In this document: in pieces, positions 38,146 through 49,184 of the stretch
Position numbering within the stretch: position 1 is the first letter of the stretch
Layout of the letters: the number at the start of each line of letters is the position of its first letter
Assembly (NCBI GenBank): GCA_002633005.1
Contig: NMRA01000818.1
Span: forward strand, 32,485-96,484
Origin: Phoronis australis
Lineage: Eukaryota > Animalia > Phoronida
Direction: 5' to 3'
DNA length: 64,000 nt
Notes under the pieces: model-generated
Told to the model about the DNA's origin: nothing
Databases searched by the model: none
The model's input: the letters and a program-made list of their open reading frames with translations, nothing else
Made by a program: the position numbers and the translations under genes

Positions 38146-41055
38146 TTACTCTCCCCCCTTTCCTGTGCTTTGTGGGATAAGGAGCCCCCCCATCGCTAGG
38201 TTGCACCAGTACGGAACTTCAGCTGTAGGCATCTCCAGGTTTTGAAGAAGATTGTCACTGTCTTCAAACCATGCTCCTCTGGCTCCAATCACCACTGGAT
38301 AAATCGCTACAGAGTCAACTCCCAGTCTCTCTTGCAGTATGGGCTGGAGTACAGTGTACTTCTCAACCTTCTTTCTGTGGGCAGATCGAAGGGATTCATA
38401 AGAATCATCCCACACAATGGTTGGATCTATGACAAGAGCGTGGCGTTGGTGGTTAACGGCCACAATGTCTGGTACTAGCGTTGACTCCTGTCCGTTGTCG
38501 TTCAGAACTGTGATGTGGGGTTCCACCTGGTAACGCATCCCCTTAGACTTGAGGAATTGCACCACCCTCCATACAATTCTGTTGTTCCGAGCTATTCTAT
38601 TGGCTTTCACAGAGTGACACGCCCCAAGAATGTGACTCAGTGTCTCAACTGTCCTATGACAGCGTCGGCACCGAGAATCCCGGTTCAGTCGGCCTCTGTT
38701 AATCGCCTCGCGTGTCTGATACCTGTTAGTTCTCATTCTCAACGCACCGATAACTTCACCTTCACTGAAGAACGAATAGCCGCAAAGCCATTTGTTACTT
38801 TCCGGGCCGAAGAGATCGGCCCCCTTACCCTGACAGCCCAATGCTGTCCACTTCTTCAGTTCAGATGATCGCCAGTTCTTACAGAGCCTGTCATCGCCGT
38901 AAGCATATTTACCTTCAAGATCCTTCACCTTCTCGGAGAGCTTAGTCCGAAGACAAATGGCCCCCAATAACGGATCAGTTTCTTTCAGGTGCGCACGGTA
39001 TCTTCCGAGCAGCAAGAGAGGGACCTTGTAGCGGAAACACGGTAAGCCGAGCCCTCCTTTCTTCTTTGAAACATAGAAGAAGGAATTGTTGATGCTATCA
39101 CTCAACTTTAGCCATGTTCTAACCCAGAACCGTACTTCTTTGTCTAGCTCATTGAGGACACCAACCGCAGTATGACCCGTGCTAAGTTGATGAAATAACT
39201 TGGGGCAGACATAGTCTGTCAAAATGGTCACACGTTGAGTCGGCTTAAGTCCTCGAAATGAATGTAAGTTGTTACTATGACGCCGAAGGCACTCAGTGGG
39301 ATTGCTCACCATAGTTCCTCTCCATGGATCGAATCTGCTCCCGGGATTTTTAGCAGATTCACCCGGCACTACCCAAGGTATGTCCTCCCCATTCAGAACG
39401 AACGGGGCGCACGAATTGTCAGTGAAGGAACGTGGAGTTGATTTCAAATTGAAGCCAACGCTCTTCCGCACATTCAACTTCATGCCCGTGTCTGCGCAGA
39501 ACCGCTCAACGATCTTTAAGTTCTGCTGCATACCTTTTCGATCACGGGAGATGACACCAGTATCGTCTGCATATGCTAAGGCGGCGACAGTGTGGCTGTT
39601 TGCAGAATACCCTTGCCCTTCTTTTTCCAAAGTACAGATCAGGGGATCCATACATAGGAGAAAGAGTACCGGTGAAAGCGGATCACCTTGTTTAACACCA
39701 CGCTCCATGGGGATGATGTCAGTTTTCCTCTTTTGTAAACTGAAATATGTCCCACTATTGTGGTACATATCAGCTACAATTTTAATAAAGTGCGGGTGCA
39801 CTTTAAGGCGTTCGAGGGCACTGATGAGATGTGCACGCTCGACGGTGTCAAACGCTTTCGCCAAATCCAAGAAGGCCATACAAATTTCCCCACCATCAGA
39901 CTTGACCAGGCGCAGGAGCTGTTCAACCAAGGAAGTGTTTATGGCACAACCCGGTTTACGTATGAAGCCCTTTTGCCGGTCGCAAAGTGGCACCGCACCC
40001 AGAAGTCTTCTAGCAAGAATCTTCGTATATAGTCTCAATACTATACTCGATATCGTAAGCGGCCTCCAGTTGCCAATGTCCTCCAGGTTCTCGGTACCCT
40101 TAGGAAGGAGTATCGATCGCCCAGATTTCAAAGACTCCGGGATAACACCACTAACGAACCAAGCATTAAGTATCGAAACCAGTAATCCTTTCTTGGCAGC
40201 CAAGGCCCTCAGGTCGGACGCTTTGATGTTATCAGGTCCTGGGGCGGTAGACGTCCGGAATCCCATAATGGCCCGAGAGATCTCACGCTCGGTAATGGGA
40301 GACATCAATTGCCCATTATCCGCATACCCCATGGGGGGAGCGAAATTACTGAGGTCGACTTCTTTAACAGCGTCAGAGCTACCAAAACGCATTTTGTATG
40401 TGTCATACACTAACGTTGGGTCCAGCGGACAACGACAGTCCCCTTTACCATCAAGGATCTGTCCAGCTAAGGCCTTGCGGTTCGTATCAAAGAGAGTCTG
40501 AACTTTCCGGAAAGAAGCGGCCTTCTTTCCTTTCACTCCAGCCCCCTTTCGCCGGTTCCCAAAGCTCGGTTGTGTTGGTTGCCTCGAGGTTACTGCTGAT
40601 GCCAACACGGTGGCATGATCGGCTGCAGTAACTACGTCAGTGAAGCACTTGCAAAAGGTTTCGTATGCGGCAGCCGTAGGTTCCGAATCATGGAGATCTT
40701 CGCCCACAGCTACACACAAGTCCCGGATGTTGTCCCTCCAAGCGGCCTCGGAGTTGTCGGGGGGTAACTCAACGTGCAAGATGTCGGGTGTCCTTTCCTT
40801 GACTGTTGGCTCCTTGTCACTTATCACGCCTCTCCTTTTCAGATCGGAGATCTTACTAGAGAGCTGCGTAGATGTTTTTCCTGGCAAGAGGCCCTGCGCC
40901 ACAAGAGCTTGACACCAATGTTTCTTGCCTTCTCGCATTGCACGCAAATAGAAGTCCGATAGAATATTGACCTCTTCAACTGACCAGACTGACTTCCTAG
41001 CAGCGCCCCCTTTCTGAAGACGAACCAGCGTACGCTCGGTTCGCTTCCTCTCCAC
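38146..41055 (-). CDS. R2 Myb-RT-restriction-like endonuclease open frame (969 aa; N-terminus cut off by in-frame TGA codons)
   Basis: APGPD, NWRPLTI, FLDLAKAFD, GVKQGDPLSP, AYADD, CRRC-H-C, PD..D, KKVEKY. Confidence 0.85.
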   Translation of the reverse strand: MERKRTERTLVRLQKGGAARKSVWSVEEVNILSDFYLRAMREGKKHWCQALVAQGLLPGKTSTQLSSKISDLKRRGVISDKEPTVKERTPDILHVELPPDNSEAAWRDNIRDLCVAVGEDLHDSEPTAAAYETFCKCFTDVVTAADHATVLASAVTSRQPTQPSFGNRRKGAGVKGKKAASFRKVQTLFDTNRKALAGQILDGKGDCRCPLDPTLVYDTYKMRFGSSDAVKEVDLSNFAPPMGYADNGQLMSPITEREISRAIMGFRTSTAPGPDNIKASDLRALAAKKGLLVSILNAWFVSGVIPESLKSGRSILLPKGTENLEDIGNWRPLTISSIVLRLYTKILARRLLGAVPLCDRQKGFIRKPGCAINTSLVEQLLRLVKSDGGEICMAFLDLAKAFDTVERAHLISALERLKVHPHFIKIVADMYHNSGTYFSLQKRKTDIIPMERGVKQGDPLSPVLFLLCMDPLICTLEKEGQGYSANSHTVAALAYADDTGVISRDRKGMQQNLKIVERFCADTGMKLNVRKSVGFNLKSTPRSFTDNSCAPFVLNGEDIPWVVPGESAKNPGSRFDPWRGTMVSNPTECLRRHSNNLHSFRGLKPTQRVTILTDYVCPKLFHQLSTGHTAVGVLNELDKEVRFWVRTWLKLSDSINNSFFYVSKKKGGLGLPCFRYKVPLLLLGRYRAHLKETDPLLGAICLRTKLSEKVKDLEGKYAYGDDRLCKNWRSSELKKWTALGCQGKGADLFGPESNKWLCGYSFFSEGEVIGALRMRTNRYQTREAINRGRLNRDSRCRRCHRTVETLSHILGACHSVKANRIARNNRIVWRVVQFLKSKGMRYQVEPHITVLNDNGQESTLVPDIVAVNHQRHALVIDPTIVWDDSYESLRSAHRKKVEKYTVLQPILQERLGVDSVAIYPVVIGARGAWFEDSDNLLQNLEMPTAEVPYWCNLAMGGLLIPQSTGKGGE

Positions 41056-42175
41056 ATCAGCCCTTGCTCTAGCTATTCTCCCCTTGTTACGGAGAACAGG
41101 GTGCCTGTGCCGTTCGTGTTGGCTAAGGCCAGTCCTAGAAGGTCAAGAGAAGGGGCATGCGGAGCACTTGAATCGCCCTGGAATTGCTAGATTGTCAATC
41201 GGTCCTTTGCACTTCGCGTAATGGTGGGCAATGGAGAGACAAGGATAGTCAATTTGGCATTTGCCGCATTTGAGACGATACTCGGTGTTGCAATGGCGTA
41301 TCCTCAAATGTTTGTGGAGTGGCATGGGTCTTAAGAAAAATTCTAAGCACTGAGGGCAATCGAATCTGTTGGCAGGATACATGGCTGTACTGCCGCCAGA
41401 AACCACCCGATTACCCACAGGGTCCTCGACAAGATTCACATCCTCCCCTTCGTTAAGGGGCACCACGTTGAGGGGGCCCTCATCGGGTACACTTGATGTA
41501 GAGGGTACCACACTGGTATCACGCGTAGCTCGCACTTGAGAGGCCCCAGATGGGCTGGACCTCTCATCGGTAATACGAAGTAGAGAGTTTGAACCTCTGG
41601 CACCAACTGTACTCTCATCAACAGTTAGTGTTGCACCGCATGTAGAGTTAGCACAGTCCGCATGGGAAGGACATGTGGTCGCTAACGGCTGTGCATTTTG
41701 ATGGGTTACGCCAGTTCCGAAACCGGAGTTCTCAGCTGCACACTTTCACGGGTTCGCCGGTTCAGGTTGAAATGCCTGAACATAGCCAGGGAGTTCTCGA
41801 CTATTCTCTCTCGCCCCACGTTGAGACGGCCCCCGATGTGTAACAAGGGTTGCCAGGCGCCTGGGTTCCCCATTGTTCGTGTTAATTTCCTTGTTCATGG
41901 CAGTCGGTTGTAGGTTAAGTTAACGTCTAAACCTTAGGAAAGACGGCCCCTTGTCTGAGACATTCAGATATTGGAGATGCCGTCGACAAGCAGCATTGTG
42001 GATTGGCTCCTTAGCAAAGTATCACGTCCACTATATTCCTGTTGGGCAGATCAATTACTATAACCGACTATCTAAAGTAGCCAGTTGCAACAGAATATAC
42101 AATACAAGTGTCACCTTCCCAACTCTCGACACAAGGAGGCGACCAAATACCACCATTAAGAGAGTCATAGATACT
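38178..42175 (-). mobile_element. Near full-length R2A element, 3' truncated
   Basis: 28S remnant, ribozyme, ATG 41898, three zinc fingers (CCHH, CCHC, CCHH), Myb, RT, CCHC, endonuclease. Confidence 0.95.
42002..42166 (-). ncRNA. HDV-like ribozyme (copy 4)
   Basis: Fully paired P1 GACTCTC/GAGAGTT; P4 of the copy-1 type; P3' GTC. Confidence 0.7.
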
Positions 42176-45062
42176 ATTGCTCTCCGGTGACTACTCCTTC
42201 ACATCATTCTCGTGGGCAAGTCTGCCAACAGTATCTTTGGCATCAATGCTACAGAATAAAGAGGCACCCTGAGTTTTCTCCATGGAAATAGGGGCTAAGA
42301 CAGCTGTCTGTGCTTGGTTGTCTCTTCGTTAGCAAATGTTGGTGTCAACCTATGGTCAGACAGCAAATGGACTTATGCGCCATTTGTTATTACTTTTTGG
42401 TGTCTCTCTGGTATATCGACAATAGTACAGCCACACATTGATAGGTTCCCCATTGTTCTGTTTCTTGGCATTATTCATGACAGTAAAGGTTTAGGTTAAG
42501 TTAACGTCTAAGGCTGGTCTGTCTCAAGCTGCATTGCCTGTTTAAGTTAACGATGTCACGTAATGTAAAATAAATTGCATTATTTTTTTACCAAGACTAA
42601 ATTATTTCTTAATTTATTTTTTGAGAGATATTTGTGACTTGACTGAGAAAATGTTACTGTCAAATTAATGACTTGCGTCTTTCCATTTTCTTGCATCACG
42701 ATACTATTTTTTCACCAAGAGCAAGATATTGCTTAATTTGGTTTTCATGGCATTTGTGACTAACGTGATTGAGAAAATGTCATGGCCAATTTTATAAACT
42801 GTCGCATGATCATTTTAATACCGCTGCAATGTGCAGCCATTGCCTGTTCACTGCATTTTTGTCCTGACAACTCATGTCCTCAAAGTCACCATTGAAAGTA
42901 ATGATGTATTTCTTGATATCAAAGAAAGAAGATCACATTTTGATCAATGTTCTCTGTTCTCAAATTTTGTGAATGTTGTCATAGATGGCTTTTCTGATGT
43001 AAAATTTCGTTATTTGCTGTCTATGTGGTGTTGAACCAATCTCCATGGAAACTGGTTAGCACTGCTCTCTTTAAGACATCAAAGTACTCAATTGTCCGTT
43101 TCTCTAGAGCATGCTTGGATTGTAGATGTTGGTCCATCCTCATAGGAACAGTGGTACAACTGGTAAAGCCTAATCGTCATAGTCTTCTTCGGTTATGCTT
43201 AGTGTTAATTGTTAGCTCAATCATGCTCTTCTCCGCTCAGACTTAGTCTTAAGATGGCCTCTTTGGAATGTTGCACAAGAATGGATATAGCATTGTCTTG
43301 TTCCATCAGGCTTAGGTCTTGGTTTTTAGCTCGGTCTTCATGGTCTTGTTCCATCAGGCTTAGTGATAATTTTCAACTCATTCATTACTGTCTTCCCCAG
43401 CCACAATTAGTCTTGCAGTTTCATAGTGCTTAGTGTGAATTGTTAGCTCAATCGTGCTCTTCTCCGTTCAGACTTAGTCTTAAGATGTCCTCTTTGGAAT
43501 GTTGCACATTCCAAGAATGTATATGGCATTGTCTTCTTCTATCAGGCTTAGGTCTTGCTTTTTAGCTCGGTCTTCATGGTCTTGTTCCATCAGGCTTAGT
43601 GATAATTTTCAGCTTATTCATTATTGTCCTCTCCAGCCACAATTAGTCTTGCAATTTCATAGTGCTATTGCTCTTCGGTGCTCTTGTCATGATTTATTGT
43701 AAGAAAAGGTGTGTACCTTCAGAAAAACAACAAAAGCTTGGTGAAGGAGTTCACATATCTCCAAGTAACTGCGGGTCTATGCCAGCCACGCAGTATGATG
43801 TTGGCCTAAAACAATTGGGCAGAGGTTCCCACATAGTCTGTCAAGATGGTCACACGTTGAGTCGACTTAAGCCCTCGAAATGAATGCAAGTTGTTACAAT
43901 GACGCCGAAGGCGCTCAATGGGATTGCTCAGCACAATTCCTCTCCAAGGATCGAATCTGCTCCCAAGATTTTTAGCAGATTCACCCGGCGCCACCCAAGG
44001 TATGTCCTCCCCATTCAGAACGAACGGGGCGCACGAATTGACATAGAAGGAACGTGGAGTTGATTTCAGATTGAAGCCAACGCTCTTCCGCACATTCAAC
44101 TTCATTCAAAAATTAGTCGTAAGGACTACATAAATTGTGTTTGATAATTTCGATGATACATCTGTGTGTTTAATTACACTGAGACGGCATAATGGGATTC
44201 AACAAGCTGAAAATCATACATTTTGAACGACTGGTTTCCAAGCCAGAGGAGACAGGATACTTGGTCCAGCGGCAGGTGATGGCTCGTTGACTGGAGGGTC
44301 CTCACTGTGTGGCTAAAATGAAAACACAATATATGTTAGCCATATCATTACAATGCACCTCACAACTCAGTGAAGCACAAAATAGTGACCGTTGGACACT
44401 TGATTTGGCTCTTTTAATTGTAGGCAAATAAGTATAGCAACTAATGTTTCTTACTGAATTAGGAGAAAAGAGTGATGTAACATAGGAGTTCCTAATCTAT
44501 CCACATTACCTGGCTGAACTCTTCAAAAGTGTTGTCCACTCCTAGCAACCGTTGGTCAGTGTCATAGCTGTCAATATGTGGCTGAAATGATTAAATGGTT
44601 TGCTAGTTATTAAATAGTGCGGTGGCAGGCTTGTCCAAATTATGTATTCTTAAACCGAATCATGTTGTTAATGAATGCCCCTTGATTTTGGATATAGTGA
44701 TCTCAAAGCGAAACTTTTTTTCTGACAGCAATGTCAAAAATCTTAAATGTGCAACTTACCACATTTGTCCTTGTCCAAATACTCTGTATCTTCCTCTCTG
44801 AATTCATAGACATCCACGTCTGCCTTCTAAAATACGTTCTCACTTTTCAGTTACTCTAGAGTGAAACATTGTTTATTGTAATACCAAATGGAAATCTTTA
44901 TATCCAGGTTTGGCCGTCATGTTTCCTCGATTATGTTACCTAAATTTGAAACAGATTTGGCCCGTTCAACTTGATGATCACAAAGTTAAGAATCCAATTG
45001 AACTGCACTCATTTAAACAGCCAATTGGACTGCACTCATTTAATCAGCCAATTGGACTGCAC

Positions 45063-48002
45063 TCATTTATTAAACCAATTGACAAAGAATTTCTTACTCT
45101 CCCCCCTTTCCTGTGCTTTGTGGGATAAGGAGCCCCCCATCGCTAGGTTGCACCAGTACGGAACTTCAGCTGTAGGCATCTCCAGGTTTTGAAGAAGATT
45201 GTCACTGTCTTCAAACCATGCTCCTCTGGCTCCAATCACCACTGGATAAATCGCTACAGAGTCAACTCCCAGTCTCTCTTGCAGTATGGGCTGGAGTACA
45301 GTGTACTTCTCAACCTTCTTTCTGTGGGCAGATCGAAGGGATTCATAAGAATCATCCCACACAATGGTTGGATCTATGACAAGAGCGTGGCGTTGGTGGT
45401 TAACGGCCACAATGTCTGGTACTAGCGTTGACTCCTGTCCGTTGTCGTTCAGAACTGTGATGTGGGGTTCCACCTGGTAACGCATCCCCTTAGACTTGAG
45501 GAATTGCACCACCCTCCATACAATTCTGTTGTTCCGAGCTATTCTATTGGCTTTCACAGAGTGACACGCCCCAAGAATGTGACTCAGTGTCTCAACTGTC
45601 CTATGACAGCGTCGGCACCGAGAATCCCGGTTCAGTCGGCCTCTGTTAATCGCCTCGCGTGTCTGATACCTGTTAGTTCTCATTCTCAACGCACCGATAA
45701 CTTCACCTTCACTGAAGAACGAATAGCCGCAAAGCCATTTGTTACTTTCCGGGCCGAAGAGATCGGCCCCCTTACCCTGACAGCCCAATGCTGTCCACTT
45801 CTTCAGTTCAGATGATCGCCAGTTCTTACAGAGCCTGTCATCGCCGTAAGCATATTTACCTTCAAGATCCTTCACCTTCTCGGAGAGCTTAGTCCGAAGA
45901 CAAATGGCCCCCAATAACGGATCAGTTTCTTTCAGGTGCGCACGGTATCTTCCGAGCAGCAAGAGAGGGACCTTGTAGCGGAAACACGGTAAGCCGAGCC
46001 CTCCTTTCTTCTTTGAAACATAGAAGAAGGAATTGTTGATGCTATCACTCAACTTTAGCCATGTTCTAACCCAGAACCGTACTTCTTTGTCTAGCTCATT
46101 GAGGACACCAACCGCAGTATGACCCGTGCTAAGTTGATGAAATAACTTGGGGCAGACATAGTCTGTCAAAATGGTCACACGTTGAGTCGGCTTAAGTCCT
46201 CGAAATGAATGTAAGTTGTTACTATGACGCCGAAGACACTCAGTGGGATTGCTCACCATAGTTCCTCTCCATGGATCGAATCTGCTCCCGGGATTTTTAG
46301 CAGATTCACCCGGCACTACCCAAGGTATGTCCTCCCCATTCAGAACGAACGGGGCGCACGAATTGTCAGTGAAGGAACGTGGAGTTGATTTCAAATTGAA
46401 GCCAACGCTCTTCCGCACATTCAACTTCATGCCCGTGTCTGCGCAGAACCGCTCAACGATCTTTAAGTTCTGCTGCATACCTTTTCGATCACGGGAGATG
46501 ACACCAGTATCGTCTGCATATGCTAAGGCGGCGACAGTGTGGCTGTTTGCAGAATACCCTTGCCCTTCTTTTTCCAAAGTACAGATCAGGGGATCCATAC
46601 ATAGGAGAAAGAGTACCGGTGAAAGCGGATCACCTTGTTTAACACCACGCTCCATGGGGATGATGTCAGTTTTCCTCTTTTGTAAACTGAAATATGTCCC
46701 ACTATTGTGGTACATATCAGCTACAATTTTAATAAAGTGCGGGTGCACTTTAAGGCGTTCGAGGGCACTGATGAGATGTGCACGCTCGACGGTGTCAAAC
46801 GCTTTCGCCAAATCCAAGAAGGCCATACAAATTTCCCCACCATCAGACTTGACCAGGCGCAGGAGCTGTTCAACCAAGGAAGTGTTTATGGCACAACCCG
46901 GTTTACGTATGAAGCCCTTTTGCCGGTCGCAAAGTGGCACCGCACCCAGAAGTCTTCTAGCAAGAATCTTCGTATATAGTCTCAATACTATACTCGATAT
47001 CGTAAGCGGCCTCCAGTTGCCAATGTCCTCCAGGTTCTCGGTACCCTTAGGAAGGAGTATCGATCGCCCAGATTTCAAAGACTCCGGGATAACACCACTA
47101 ACGAACCAAGCATTAAGTATCGAAACCAGTAATCCTTTCTTGGCAGCCAAGGCCCTCAGGTCGGACGCTTTGATGTTATCAGGTCCTGGGGCGGTAGACG
47201 TCCGGAATCCCATAATGGCCCGAGAGATCTCACGCTCGGTAATGGGAGACATCAATTGCCCATTATCCGCATACCCCATGGGGGGAGCGAAATTACTGAG
47301 GTCGACTTCTTTAACAGCGTCAGAGCTACCAAAACGCATTTTGTATGTGTCATACACTAACGTTGGGTCCAGCGGACAACGACAGTCCCCTTTACCATCA
47401 AGGATCTGTCCAGCTAAGGCCTTGCGGTTCGTATCAAAGAGAGTCTGAACTTTCCGGAAAGAAGCGGCCTTCTTTCCTTTCACTCCAGCCCCCTTTCGCC
47501 GGTTCCCAAAGCTCGGTTGTGTTGGTTGCCTCGAGGTTACTGCTGATGCCAACACGGTGGCATGATCGGCTGCAGTAACTACGTCAGTGAAGCACTTGCA
47601 AAAGGTTTCGTATGCGGCAGCCGTAGGTTCCGAATCATGAAGATCTTCGCCCACAGCTACACACAAGTCCCGGATGTTGTCCCTCCAAGCGGCCTCGGAG
47701 TTGTCGGGGGGTAACTCAACGTGCAAGATGTCGGGTGTCCTTTCCTTGACTGTTGGCTCCTTGTCACTTATCACGCCTCTCCTTTTCAGATCGGAGATCT
47801 TACTAGAGAGCTGCGTAGATGTTTTTCCTGGCAAGAGGCCCTGCGCCACAAGAGCTTGACACCAATGTTTCTTGCCTTCTCGCATTGCACGCGAATAGAA
47901 GTCCGATAGAATATTGACCTCTTCAACTGACCAGACTGACTTCCTAGCAGCGCCCCCTTTCTGAAGACGAACCAGCGTACGCTCGGTTCGCTTCCTCTCC
48001 AC
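45063..48002 (-). CDS. R2 Myb-RT-restriction-like endonuclease open frame (979 aa)
   Basis: Almost identical protein to 38146-41055; tail differs because of a C6 versus C7 run. Confidence 0.85.
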   Translation of the reverse strand: MERKRTERTLVRLQKGGAARKSVWSVEEVNILSDFYSRAMREGKKHWCQALVAQGLLPGKTSTQLSSKISDLKRRGVISDKEPTVKERTPDILHVELPPDNSEAAWRDNIRDLCVAVGEDLHDSEPTAAAYETFCKCFTDVVTAADHATVLASAVTSRQPTQPSFGNRRKGAGVKGKKAASFRKVQTLFDTNRKALAGQILDGKGDCRCPLDPTLVYDTYKMRFGSSDAVKEVDLSNFAPPMGYADNGQLMSPITEREISRAIMGFRTSTAPGPDNIKASDLRALAAKKGLLVSILNAWFVSGVIPESLKSGRSILLPKGTENLEDIGNWRPLTISSIVLRLYTKILARRLLGAVPLCDRQKGFIRKPGCAINTSLVEQLLRLVKSDGGEICMAFLDLAKAFDTVERAHLISALERLKVHPHFIKIVADMYHNSGTYFSLQKRKTDIIPMERGVKQGDPLSPVLFLLCMDPLICTLEKEGQGYSANSHTVAALAYADDTGVISRDRKGMQQNLKIVERFCADTGMKLNVRKSVGFNLKSTPRSFTDNSCAPFVLNGEDIPWVVPGESAKNPGSRFDPWRGTMVSNPTECLRRHSNNLHSFRGLKPTQRVTILTDYVCPKLFHQLSTGHTAVGVLNELDKEVRFWVRTWLKLSDSINNSFFYVSKKKGGLGLPCFRYKVPLLLLGRYRAHLKETDPLLGAICLRTKLSEKVKDLEGKYAYGDDRLCKNWRSSELKKWTALGCQGKGADLFGPESNKWLCGYSFFSEGEVIGALRMRTNRYQTREAINRGRLNRDSRCRRCHRTVETLSHILGACHSVKANRIARNNRIVWRVVQFLKSKGMRYQVEPHITVLNDNGQESTLVPDIVAVNHQRHALVIDPTIVWDDSYESLRSAHRKKVEKYTVLQPILQERLGVDSVAIYPVVIGARGAWFEDSDNLLQNLEMPTAEVPYWCNLAMGGSLSHKAQERGESKKFFVNWFNK

Positions 48003-49184
48003 ATCAGCCCTTGCTCTAGCTATTCTCCCCTCGTTACGGAGAATAGGGTGCCTGTGCCGTTCGTGTTGGCTAAGGCCAGTCCTAGAAGGTCAAGAGAAGG
48101 GGCATGCGGAGCACTTGAATCGCCCTGGAATTGCTAGATTGTCAATCGGTCCTTTGCACTTCGCGTAATGGTGGGCAATGGAGAGACAAGGATAGTCAAT
48201 TTGGCATTTGCCGCATTTGAGACGATACTCGGTGTTGCAATGGCGTATCCTCAAATGTTTGTGGAGTGGCATGGGTCTTAAGAAAAATTCTAAGCACTGA
48301 GGGCAATCGAATCTGTTGGCAGGATACATGGCTGTACTGCCGCCAGAAACCACCTGATTACCCACAGGGTCCTCGACAAGATCCACATCCTCCCCTTCGT
48401 TAAGGGGCACCACGTTGAGGGGGCCCTCATCGGGTGTGTCTTGGACTCCTCCAGCCAAATGACAGGAATCGGTGACGCGCTCTGCTGATACTTCGGGTAC
48501 ACTTGATGTGGAGGGTACCACACTGGTATCACGCGTAGCTCGCACTTGAGAGGCCCCAGATGGGCTGGACCTCTCATCGGTAGTTCGAAGTAGAGAGTTT
48601 GAACCTCTGGCACCAACTGTACTCTCATCAACAGTTAGTGTTGCACCGCATGCAGAATTACCACAGTCCCCATGGGAAGGACATGTGGTTGGTGACGACC
48701 GTGCATTTTGATGGCTGACGCCAGTTCCGAAACCGGAGTGCTCAGCTGCACACTTTCACGGGTTCGCCGGTTCAGGTTGAGGTGCCTGAACATAGCCAGG
48801 GAGTTCTCGGCTATTCTCCCTCGCCCCACGTTGAGACGGCCCCCGATTTGTAACAAAGGTCGCCAGGCACCTGGGTTCCCCATTGTTCGTCTTATTGGTA
48901 CGTTCCATATCCGATAGGTTGTAGGGTAAGTTAACGTCTAAACCTTAGGAAAGACGGCCCCTTTCCTAAGACATTCCGTTATTGGAGATGCCGTCGACAA
49001 GCAGCGTTGTGCCTTGGCTCCTTAGCAAAGTATCACATCCACTATACTCCTTATTGCCAAATCATTATCTAGAACCATCTGTCTACAGTAAATAGTTCTA
49101 AGGACATACAATACAAGTGTCACCTTCCCAACTCTGGCCACAAGGAGGCGACCAAATACCACCATTAAGAGAGTCATAGATACT
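45126..49184 (-). mobile_element. Near full-length R2A element, 3' truncated
   Basis: 6948 bp from the previous copy at the 3' junction; ATG 48908; TGA at 48756-48758 and 48090-48092. Confidence 0.95.
49014..49175 (-). ncRNA. HDV-like ribozyme (copy 5)
   Basis: P3 GCC/GGC intact, P1' CAGAGTT, P4 of the copy-2 type. Confidence 0.7.

Noticed and set aside
38178-38187. TAAGGAGCC at the 3' truncation resembles the R2 target TAAGGTAGCC
   Set aside because: It is R2's own coding sequence read antisense, and too short to exceed chance
39296-40501. 401-aa plus-strand ORF (also 46243-47448, 17523-18551, 31338-32078)
   Set aside because: Antisense shadow of the R2 RT frame; no independent motifs
48780-48885. 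Alternative HDV ribozyme ending in GGCGAA
   Set aside because: No valid G1-P1 or L3; the convincing fold is about 200 nt further upstream
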